Assembly: GCA_002633005.1 (NCBI GenBank)
Contig: NMRA01000682.1
Coordinates: 94,543 to 158,542 of the forward strand
Reading direction: 5' to 3'
DNA: 64,000 bases
DNA from: Phoronis australis
Lineage: Eukaryota; Animalia; Phoronida
Positions 26,501-38,500 of the stretch are shown here, piece by piece (position 1 is the stretch's first letter; each line of letters starts with the position of its first letter). Under the pieces are notes generated by a model. That model was not told where the DNA came from and did no database searches. It saw nothing but the letters and a program-made list of their open reading frames with translations. The position numbers were made by a program, and so were the translations under genes.

Positions 26501-29500
26501 GAGCCACTCCCTAAGCATTTCGGACTTTCGAGGAAGTAAAAAAAAAAGATATACCCGCTTTCCTCGCAGCTGTTTAGTTCGGGCAAACTGGAATGATGCA
26601 GCGCAACATAGCGGCATTCACTCGGCATATGAACCACTGACGTCGCTAGCGTCGTTTCTTACATTCCTCACAGATTAACGCCACAGGCGCTTGGGTTTAT
26701 CGCAAATGACGTCACTCAATAATATATATAAGAAAACATACATGTAAAGGTTGGACACTTAAACATTGCCAAGCCGAGGCTCCCAACTTCAACCGTCCAA
26801 AATCAAAATAAAATCTGCGTGCACCTTCCTGAGTCTGGTGTTGCCTAAACCTTCGAAGCCTTATCTTTCCTAGATCCCGTAAACTGTCTTCGTGAATGGT
26901 GAATTGGCGATGGAATTTCCAAAACAATCTCAAAACTCTGAATTCAAGGACCTGAAATAGTAAACAAGGCGGACTTCAGTTGTGCTTCAACTTGTACGCC
27001 TGTCGTAGGTGAAACTTCGAGTTTGAGCAAGCAACCTATATTTCAAGTTCAATAATTCTAATCCAAAACTCAACTAATTGAGAATGTTAATGTTAGTATT
27101 TTAATGATTATTTGTAACAGTACTTTATTCCACTGACGGCTCATTTTAGCCTTTAACTTAGAATTTATTACATAAACTGGCGTATCTTGTTTCTCAACTT
27201 GACATCACGCACTTTTTTGATTGAAGCACAACACACACTTGGCCAGGAAATGCAGTCCGTGCAAGTATTACAATGCGCGTGGCCGACGAGTTAACTCATT
27301 GGTTTTTGCCAAAAGTAAAACCTTCATAAGAAATCACAGTACACAAAGAACTTCGCATATCAATACAGTATCAGGATAATTTATATTTGACACAAATATG
27401 TGAGTAATTACATTTATTTGGCAATAAAGTGCTCTCTGCTTCTCATGATCAAGTAGTCGAGGGATTGACGATGAAAGCCGCGCGAAAATAGACTTTCGGA
27501 TTTAGCTCGGGAGCGTCCGTCAAAAACTCGGATGTGCGATGACATCACGGAATCACTTCCTTGAATTTGTGATTTTGGCATTCTTTTGGCATTTTTGTCG
27601 CCAAATCACCACTCGAAGGAAATTCGAAGAGATCGAATGAAAGAAAGTATTCTAAGAGTTGTCCGATGCTAGTTTCGTGGAGTTCCATGCACATTTAAGT
27701 AGAAAATTCTGAGCAAACAGATTTCGAGTGTCCAACCTTTATGTTTTCTTATATATATTATTGAGTGACGTCATTTGCGATAAACCCAAGCGCCTGTGAT
27801 TAACGGGAAACCTCTTGGCAAGGTAAGGTCGACCGTATGCGAGGCGATGTGGATTTAGACCGATTAAGACGGCAAAAAGACTAATTAAATCGGGTGGCAT
27901 TCACCTTTAATACGAGACCTACACGAATTATAGTAGCCCGTTGATGCAAACAAAACCGCAGAAACAGTGGGTGTGGCATCACCGACAGAGTATCCAGTTC
28001 TTGTTGCCTTCTGCAACATCAGGCAATCATCCTGAGAACTCCTCGAATAGGAATATAAAGTCATTTGGACTAGAGTCCATTTGTTGGCGTTTGATATGCA
28101 TTGAGATGTGAAATATCGGCCGTTATGTTTTCTGGGTGTCTGAGCATAGATATACAGTATAGGCAAAATAGAATACATTGTACTGTCGGTAAACACAGGC
28201 ACGTTCAAACAACAACGGAAGTTCGCCAGTCTTGTTTCTGTGTTTCTTGGGTATTTTAATTTACGTCTTACCTTGTCTCAATCACCTGAATGCTGTTTGT
28301 TATACCTGACTTGTACCAGGCATTAACGATTTTTGCAAGTCCAGCATAGGTCCCTGGGGCTACAAGATCGAATAAATTGATAGATATCATGACTACGTTT
28401 TTGAAAATTTACGACTTACGGATGTATAGTTATGTACATGCATCAAAACGAGATGCCACTGTAGCTGTTCATTAACCTGAATGAAACCGAAAATGTTGCC
28501 GTTCTGTTTTCCGGGACGCGTTCTGCTGACGCAAGACAGCAGAAGTTATCATGACCACGTGCTTCGCTTGTATACCCCGGAGATATCCAAACATAGACTT
28601 GCGTGATCTTGCTTTTCCGTCAATAACTTGCGTGTACGGAACGCAGCCCATAATTTTGAGATTTTGTTCAAAACTGAAAGGAAACCACCCTATTAAATCT
28701 ATAAATCTATTAATCATTAAAGTCACAAAACAACGGTCTTGTAGCTATTTTTTTAGTTCGTGTTTTAGATCTTTGCAACTCTTATAATTGAAAAGATCAG
28801 GTTGATAAAAATAGCACCTGGTACGCCCGGACGAGTCCATATTGCGAACGTGAAGTAATCTTTATAATGGAAACACCGTAAATAACGGATAGTCCACCAT
28901 AGAACGCATTTACATTTGAAGGAGAGTTCCATACCGGTTCCCGCCAACAAGTATGCGAATTTTTCAAGAGCCCTTAGTATACAAATTTTAAATATTAATT
29001 CCTGTTAAAACGACAGATTGAAATGAAAGAAGTACGAAATTACTCTCGCTTTACCATATTCTTATCAGCAAAATCTACGTTTGCTATTTAGTGAAACGCA
29101 GCGGAACAAGCAGGGTGTTGACTTTGGCGGGCAAATGCAATGACGTTTGACCTAAAATAGCTCAAAAAGTATGTCGGTGACCCACAATTTTTTCTATGTC
29201 ATAGCAAAGACGTTGAGTGTCAAAATAGGATATTAAAATGTTAACATAGTAATTATTTGTGTAAAAGCTAATTTGTTAGACTTCAACGTTGTCAAAATTA
29301 TATCCGAACTAAAATCAGTGAACTGGCAAATGTATTCAATACCACAACAGGATGAATGTGTCATTTGGCAGCGAGAGGATTCTGCTTTCAGCAAGACTTC
29401 AGTCATTAGTTTAATTATGCGCGAGTTGTCAGTGACCCATTTCAGTTTCACATTGCTAGAGGCGTCTCGCTTCCGGCTGCTGTAACGAAAAAACTTATTC

Positions 29501-32500
29501 CGTGACACGTAGTTATATTGTAGTAGACAGAGACCGGACAACAAAATATGACAATTGCATATCAACATAAACTTAAAACTATGTCGCATATCCTTAGAAA
29601 CCGTCATCATTAACCGCATTAAATGAACTAAGGTGTAGTCAATGAGTCCATGTCTTAGCTCAACATGTACAGTATGCCTTCAATTACATTAAAATTCCGT
29701 TTATAATTGGCCATGACTTCAAGAGCTAGGCAAAATAATATACCGACAATGAATCACCCTGTCTTACACGTACCCAATTCTAAACGAAAATAATCTGTAG
29801 TAAAACCATTATTGACAACACAAGCAGTTGGTTTATTGTGATTTTTTTCTACCCATCTTGCAAAACCCTGTCGAAAATTAAAAGCCTTCAAAAGTTTAAA
29901 AATAAAGCCCCATTTATATAGACCTTGCAAAAGTCCAAAAATAGAATGCGTCCTTGACGATCAGTAATTACATGTATATCCTGAATGATACGTACTAAAT
30001 TTTACCTTTTAACTGCGGTTTGACCTGGGTGAACCAGTTTTTCCATAATATTATTGATAGATCAGGAATCTTTGTCACCATTGTGTGATGTTTGATGAAA
30101 TTTTCTTTTGAAACCAAAGTGCTGTAAACTTACGGCTATGAAAAATTGGTAAATGTTTCATCAAATTACCTGGTGACAATTTCTGAGGCTGACATACACA
30201 AATAAATTAGTAGGACGCTTCCGGAAATTGTCTAGTTCCGTTCAATCCATGATAAAACTGCTTCAGTAAGAAATGAGAACGCTGGACTGACGAACGGACA
30301 GACTCACGGTAGAACAGACAGAGAACGAACGGACAGACTCACGGTAGAACAGACAGAGAACGAACGGACAGACTCACGGTAGAACAGACAGAGAACGAAC
30401 GGACAGACTCACGGTAGAACAGACAGAGAACGAACGGACAGACTCGCGGTAGAACAGACAGAGAACGAACGGACAGACTCGCGGTAGAACAGACAGAGAA
30501 CGAACGGACAGACTCGCGGTAGAACAGACAGAGAACGAACGGACAGACTCGCGGTAGAACAGACAGAGAACGAACGGACAGACTCACGGTAGAACAGACA
30601 GAGATAGCCACAAGACACACTTGTATGAGGGAGCATAAGATTGAAGTCCAGGGGCCCATTCCAAGAAACTGACTTAAGTTCATTTTTGACTTAAGTCTAA
30701 GATTTTTCTTAACTTCCAAACTTTGAAACTTCCACATTTGGTCAGATAGTTAAAATTAAGATTGAAATTTTGTCAAAAACTTAATTCAAACTTAGGATCT
30801 CTTGCTTAACACAGTCTCGAGACAAATTTAAGTTTTATCTTAAAGTTTACTAAAATTTAAGATTTGTCTTAGCTAAGTCAGTTTTGTTGGAACGGGTCCC
30901 AGTTGCATAAAAGTTATACGCCATATAGCAACGTCGCATTATCACGCGTCACGTTGCTATTGTTGAACAAATCACCTGACGTCAAAGCAACAATCACACT
31001 TATCCAGAGGATAATTTTAAAGTTTTATGCAACCCAGCCGTGATTATGCACTAACTTCATACATCGCTTCGAGTGGTTGTTTTTTATCAACCTCCACAAA
31101 AGTAGCTGATACACACTGAAGAACCTGAAAACAAGTCAGACTAAACTAGATCACTTAAAGCGGCTCATCACTTCCAGTTATGAAATCGTTTCTGTAGTCA
31201 ATTTGGACATGATTTCATGGCTTCGAAAGAACACTGTTATTGCGTGAAGGCTTGTTAAGTTCGCTTGTTTCCAAGTCATTTTATGCATCCTGCGCTGTCC
31301 ATATCTCTTTTCATTTTAGTAAGAAACAGGTTAAGACAATTTCAATGGGCGCGAATGGTCTTAATCAAATGTTCGCCTTGTGGGCAGAATTCTTGGTGTA
31401 TAGTTTTACACACTTACTATCGTCAAAAGTTACACGCAACTTCACTGCTGTCCCAGCTGCAACCGGTTCGGTGGTCGAGTAAACGGTTGTGCCGACGGCA
31501 TCAACGATCTGCAGCTTCAGCACTGGTATGGTTTGTATCACTGTGACATCGCCAAAAGCTCCCCTGAAGATAAGCACGGTGAAGTTCAGTTGTCTCTGGG
31601 CATGAACCACCAGAGGAAACGTGTGACAATTTGCTGATAAGTTAAGGACAAGAAAGTTTTTTTTTGTGTGTGTGTGTGTTTGTGCGTGTGTGTGTACACT
31701 TACTTTTAATTTGCGCTATTTTTCTTATTCTATGCGAACTTTTAGTTCTTTTAAGAACGATTATGGTTCAGCTCTTAATTAATTTGAGAGCACCGGCCTC
31801 GCTTTTAAACGATCGTCGTTCTGCTCTTAATCAAATACATGTAATTTGGGAGCAACGGCGTGATTGGACTATATGAACTGATATGTTGATTAAAACTTTG
31901 CGTCGTACAAGCGTCGTTTAAGCGAAGCTACACGTAACGAATGAATTATTTTGTTCTTTCACGGCCAGCTGGATGCTGGCACTTGCGAGTAAAATACACT
32001 TGTGTATCATGTATTGTAGAAGAGCCTGGCTCGAGGCAACATTCATTTGACGGAAATGCACTCCAACATTCCTGCATCCGGGACACTAGTGTAAAATAGT
32101 GCAATATAAACGTTCGCATTAACCAAAACTGAGCGGACACAACTTTCCAATCCATGCATGCAGACGATCGGAGAACTCTATAAGCAAGTGCACGAACTTG
32201 TACACGTGTGCCTGAGTCCGCCTGGTGCAAAAGGACAAATCTATACACTTCTGTGAACGAGTGCAGTACACATGTTCGCCAATGAAAACGTCCGCGTTTC
32301 ATACATACATGTATGTTCTGGTGCGGGTATGAGTACGAAAGCGCGTGTAGCCAAAATGTCCGTTTCTGTAAGTGTTTGAATGTATTCATGTAGGTTGGTA
32401 TATATAGGTACATGTAGGTTTGTAAGAATATGGATATACACATGTGTAGGCCTATTAATGTCAAAAGGCCAAAGGGTCCCTTCATAGTCACAGAAACAGA

Positions 32501-35500
32501 CAATGCAAAGTGTTGTAGAGTACGCACGATTTGTCACTCTGCAACATGCTCTCGTCTAGTTTCAACCGAAAATTTAGCATTTTTCCGTAACTCTGTAGTC
32601 AGTAGTCTAAGGCGTATCAAACTTACGCTATCCCCAAAAGTACCACTCGACTGGCAAACTTTGTTACATTGGACACTGTAACAGAAAATGGAACGTTATC
32701 CTCGATAGCATTCACTTAGCATATGATACGCTTGCTTTAACCTTCAAAGATTCCCGTCTCAATCCTTAGCATATGGTTTGAACCCACATGAAGTTTGGCT
32801 AACTGTCTTCTAAAGACCGGTCTGTGAATTGCTGAGACGAACATCATCTCAAAGACTGGGAGTCTCAAAACGTTCGTGAAGACTAAACTTGTGGGTAGAT
32901 AACATTTCTGCTAGTCTGCATTGATTGTCAACATCAGCACAACACTGTTTGAAAATAGTCAAAAATAACACATACTAGTTGGTTAGAAACCTCTTGAAAT
33001 TCAGAGCAAATCAGTCGTGCTCTGAATAATCGTGTCGGAGCATCTATTTACACCGTCGATAGATGTACACGTCTTACATGTAGACGACAGTCGGAGCGTC
33101 ACTACAGAATAGTTTTCTTTTCTCCTAGCTAAGTCACGACAGGTCACAAACTATCGTGTCACCACTCTATCCGTACTGATATGTCGTACATGTATACGAC
33201 AATCGAATTTGACAGTCGTAGACAACCGTGGACAGCGTTCGCAGACTAGCTGCGGTCGTGACTGACGGATTTTCAACAGTTATGTGTAAGTGATGGCCCG
33301 GGTCAAAGTCAGTAATTCACGTTTTAAATAACAAGCATCATTCTAAATGCCGCTTTTCATAAGAATAAATCAAATTACTAACGTCGCATTAACATTGCTG
33401 GCTGAGCTACCAGTCAGAGTCGGCTCTCCGTTCGCATTATAAGAACATGTGTAGGTGTGCTTTGTGTCGGGGGATCCACTGTTTGTACCATCAGATAAGA
33501 CGGTAGCATAAATTGTGATTTCCACATCGCCAGCTCCATATGGTTTCTGAAAATATAACACGGTGATTCTCTAGTTACAAGAGACATTTATTTTTTTTCT
33601 TGGTGAGCATACAAGTAAACTGCAGAACGTCCCTCTAAAACGGTTGCTACAGGTTAAAAAGCAACGTTCACACATGTATATATATCTGGCATGATCATAT
33701 GACACTAGCTTTGAATCGATGAAATCTTTTTCTACGAGACACAATATTCATGTAAACTAAATGAATGATTGATATCAGGAAAGGTTGCGTAGTTGAAATC
33801 GATTAAAATGCCACCTGTCAAGGAGAGAAGGCCTTTCGTCAGTTACATAGAAAAAGAAGAAGCGAGTAACATAGCGAACGATAACCCTAGCCAACGTTTC
33901 CATTAATTGCCCAACTGTTGCGCGATGTCACCACTTTTCCCGTAAACCAGTGGAATCGGCGACGGTTCAAGGGTCAATGATTCGACTAATGCAATTGTTT
34001 CTGTGTCTGCTGTGACGGGTTATCAACTTTCCAAATGTTTTTTTGCTACACTTTAAAAGCTTCACTTTTAACTGCAGTGTATTGGTGTAAAACAACATGT
34101 ATGGATTTGTATATGTACAAAGTTATGCTTCATGCTGAGACAAGGTCATATGTGCCTAATTAGTATGATAGTCTGATGAGTGTGGCCGAGCAATAGTCTG
34201 AAAACTATGTTCTTATCGAGAACAGGGTTTGGGTACCTCTTAACTGGTGTAGGAAGAACTTAATGGAGGAGAGTCTCGTAAATGTTTTATTTAAGATTGT
34301 GCGTCAAAACCTTTAATAACTACGTGTTAACACCGGAAAAATGAGTGGCGGAAACCTATCCACTAAACAATTTGAGTGAGGGCTCTCGCCCCTCCTAGCC
34401 CCCTCCCTACCCCTACCCCGCTTCCTACGTATATGCCTTCTACGCAGACTACCTCATGGAATAAATATTTTGCTGAAGAAAAATGACAACAAAGCTTGAT
34501 AATCCTAAGAAAGCCGGGAGAAAAGGGTAGGTCAAATTGAAGTCGCAGGGTCAAGAGTTCGCATGACATCAATATTTCAAAACTCTCCAATTTGGACTAA
34601 TTACTTGAATGAGCATCTTTGTCCAATTACTGTTAGCCTTCCCTTATCTTTTATCTAATGTCCAATTTATCGAGGCACTTGCACAGCCTACCTGTGTGTT
34701 ACGTTTAAGCAAAATTCATGTCGCTTGGTCAAAAATAGTTAGCTAAGAAATTTCTTTTCGAAAATTAGTATTGCCCTTAGAGTTTTGCCACAGTATTTCG
34801 CTTACCCCGAAAATCCTGCCACACACCTTGCTGTCAAATTTCAGCAAATTTCGTTTACTCAATTCGCCAACAATTGACGGTAGGGAGACTACTGTAGAAA
34901 ACTAAAGCCAATTCATAATGTGTGCTTTAGTAGCGGACTCCGCCCTAAAATTGACAGGTACAGGTGTCGGCCCATTCCCCCTGTGAAAGTACGTCAAATT
35001 TCATCATGATCTGTCCCGTAGTGGTTTTTCGAGAAAATAGACGCTAACGCAAAGAACACGAGGGGGCCAGAAGACACTGGACGGAAGGACAAACGGGCGT
35101 GTATCCAACAAAAACATGACCTTATATGTATATAGAACGGTTTACGCTCACGTCTGTTATTTGCAAATTATGTTGCTTGTTTAATTCTGTTTAATCCATT
35201 TTTCTTGTTTCTAAACTTGCTCTTTAAATAAATCCCCATTATAAAACAACAGAGGGTCTGGAGTCAAGTGTCTTCAACAAGCTTGTTGTGTTGGTCACTC
35301 GCGCACGTACAACCTGTCCAAGTTGGTCAAGCAGATGTTCGATAGGGTTCTTTGCTGCATGCGGGCCATTCCATTTGCTGTACATTTGAAAGCTGCAAAC
35401 TGGGCATCCCAAACACAGTTTGCATAATTGCGAGTCATACTGAGCTCTCTAACATCATGAGTTCCAGTGTTTCACAAATTTAGTGTTCCCCCGGTGTTTA

Positions 35501-38500
35501 TCACCATCATATAACAGGTGGTGACAGTCAGGGAAATTTCCAACATTCACTTTGAGACCACACCCTCTTTGGCAACAAAGTTACTGGGCATATCAAAAAG
35601 TTATTGACAAAGTTTGAATGACTGAGCTTTCCATTGGTAACAACATGATTTAAATAATCCAAAAGTAATGAAAACACGGACGAATGAACACAAATTTCCA
35701 AATTTTTTTATAAGGTGTTTCAATACATGTACTTAAAACCGAAGTGATGAGCTAGATACCTGACTCAAAGGTCTAGCCGTGTTCGTAACTGTGACACGAG
35801 CCCAAGACATTGCATTAAGAAAGTGGACGCTGCTCCCAGTAGGCCATACTGCCTCATCCAATTTTACATTTGAGCATCATGCAATGTATACAAATGACGC
35901 CATTCTGTTCCGGAGAAACCGCACCATAACTAATTGAGTCGTGAGACAATACTAGAAATTGAACTGAAACCGAAAAGTCCTGAAGTACTTTGCACGATAA
36001 AAGTAATTGGGGTACTGAATGTGGTAGTGATCTTGATCATGGGGACTTTGCAAAATCTAATGAGAACAGTAATGTATCGGTACACTAATTTTCATGATAC
36101 TGCAGTTTATAAACGGAACGGCTAGTGCTAACAGTGTACTCACCATCACTCCGCAGTCGTCAAACGTAAAAGACAATGTACCAGTGCCGCCAGACATGGG
36201 TGCCTTGCAATTACCGTAAGCGGCTAGGCCTTGCACATACATTAGTGTTTTTGCACTGGCAGCCCCTGCTATGGTAAGGGTCGAACCATCTTTTTGACAT
36301 ATGTATGTCCCTTTAGAAAGAAATATAAATTTAAATGCAGTACAAAGTGATAAAAGTTTCAACATTAATTTCGGGGTACATTGGGTCAGTCCCCTTCATA
36401 AACGATAAATACATGGACATGTACTTGTCAACGTAGTCATGTTCGTTCCTTTCTAATTCCCCGTGGGTATGTATTTCGCAAGCTATTCTTAACATGCGAG
36501 ATCCATGCGTAAGGGCGTCTCATGGCTCGAGCCTGCGGGACGCTACCATTGTTTTCCGTTGTTGCGTCTTAACGTCGCACGGATATCGTACCTTGAACGC
36601 CCATCAGCCGGTTACGATATATGCTTACCATTATCTTTATTATGAGAAAGAAAAATAAAATGAACAATAGATACGTCTATCTACCGATATGCATGTGACA
36701 AGCTTGCTCCCTAGTTCCCCGTGGATCCTGGCATTGTCCAATTACACGGATTACTATCAAGCGACCTCATCAACACCCCCCCCCCTTCCTTTTAATTGCT
36801 TCAAAATGTAGCTGACGCCAGTAGTGATAGAAATAAATGACATCATTTTTGTTAGACGAGAAGCGCAGAGCATTGTTTAAAGAAAAATCGCCACATGGTG
36901 ATCAGTATAGATTACAATTTCTGGAAATTCAAAAATACGTCTAACTGAGATTACAACGTTTAATATCAAAGGACGTAGCCTGGTGTCTTGGGAGTCATAA
37001 GTAGGGTACAGGTGGGGGCCGCTCACTCAAAGTATCATCAACTAACATTGCAAACAAGGACTTCGCCCGGTATTCAAATAAATTAAAGTTTGTGGTCAGT
37101 GTGTGCGGGACTGGTTAGCAATCAATGGATATTTCGTAGTAACCTCAGCGGCAGCTTGGCGGATTAGCTCTAACAGGAAAACTGCATTTCTTGTCTCTCC
37201 GTATCAAATGATTACACAGGAGCCCAAGGTTTCGTTACACAATTTATGGAGCGAATCAATCGAGCGCAGTGTGACGTAAACGAAAAGCCAGGCCCGTAGG
37301 AAGGCAAAAATTACTGGCGGTGGGAAAAAACCATTTCGATTTCGCCAAACTATCCACCCCCACCGCCCCCGTGCTCCCGTTGTCATCCTATTTGTACCGA
37401 ATCTCCTATGTCCGCCCTAGGTTGGGGGCAATCCCGGGAATGCAGCCATTTGAGTAACCGGAGAGTAAGAATTGGCCTAGGACCAGTGCACCGAAGGGTA
37501 GCAAGGACTGCCTCAAGTAACTGTAGCTGAGATCTAACAATGTGAAAATACGAAATTTTCGATGAACTAAAGCTAAAAAGTGTAATTGCTGGTCATCTCA
37601 GTTATGATTCACTTGAGACAGGCAGCTTAGCTCGTACATTTCCGTCTGCGCTGGCTCTATGGTCGAGATTCGTTTCGTTATGATCCAGTTTCGGGAAAGG
37701 TTTATTTCATTTTGGTCATTCTTTGAATGTGTTTTTTGAAAAGGTGAGATCCGAGGTCCCTGGTATAGTGCCTCTCGGGTTGTTTCAAAGTCCCTCGTTG
37801 AAACACGACCAACATTCATCAATATCATTGAGATTTACGTGGGGATCTGATGATAGATCGAATTTTCCCAATGTCAGCCTGCAGCTAAGTTCACTGAAGC
37901 ATAGTCCTTTCTTAAAAGATTCACTTCTAGTTGGCAAAAAATCATCTACAATCAGTCGATTTTTGAAGATACATAAACATGTAAATCAGCAATCAACAAT
38001 CGATTCCATGAGCAACGTGTTTACTTTGATTTAATGACCCATTTTCTTGTTGATCTCCTATTTGTGAGTTTAAGCGACAAATTTTGTACCTAAGTCGAAA
38101 AAGAATGCATTTATTCGTATTTGAATTGTGGCTATATTTTTGGAAATTGTTCGAATTCCATCAATGTCTGAGCGTTATTCTAGATAGGCAATAATCGTCT
38201 AAGTGTACAGGTTCCTAGGTGTACTTTACTATTTGGGGATGGGGTCATAGTTTCTCCAATATTTGCTGCCACTAAATTCACTAAAACAACATTGCTACAA
38301 GATTAGCTTCTAATTGTCCAAAATCATCTATGAATCAATCAATTTCCGTAGGTATATAAACAAGTTAATCAGAAACCAACGAATGTGTTTATCAAAACGG
38401 AAATTCATAAGCAAATACCGTATGCATGCTTGCAGACTTTTGACGGGTAACCGGGGAATATGGGAGACGGGGAATTCGTATTAAGTTGTATTTTGCTCAT

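Noticed and set aside
28271-28284. 14-nt AG/GT-bounded candidate microexon of the ZP gene
   Set aside because: Introduces a TGA stop in both usable phases.
30339-30737. Repetitive ORFs, or a CRISPR-like array
   Set aside because: Head-to-tail 35-bp tandem repeat with no unique spacers, in a eukaryotic intron.
31946-32527. Longest ORF in the track (193 aa)
   Set aside because: No recognisable motif; intronic, and not needed for ZP phase continuity.
34170-34210. CTGATGA...GAAA hammerhead-like spacing
   Set aside because: No stem II pairing and no valid stem III/NUH.
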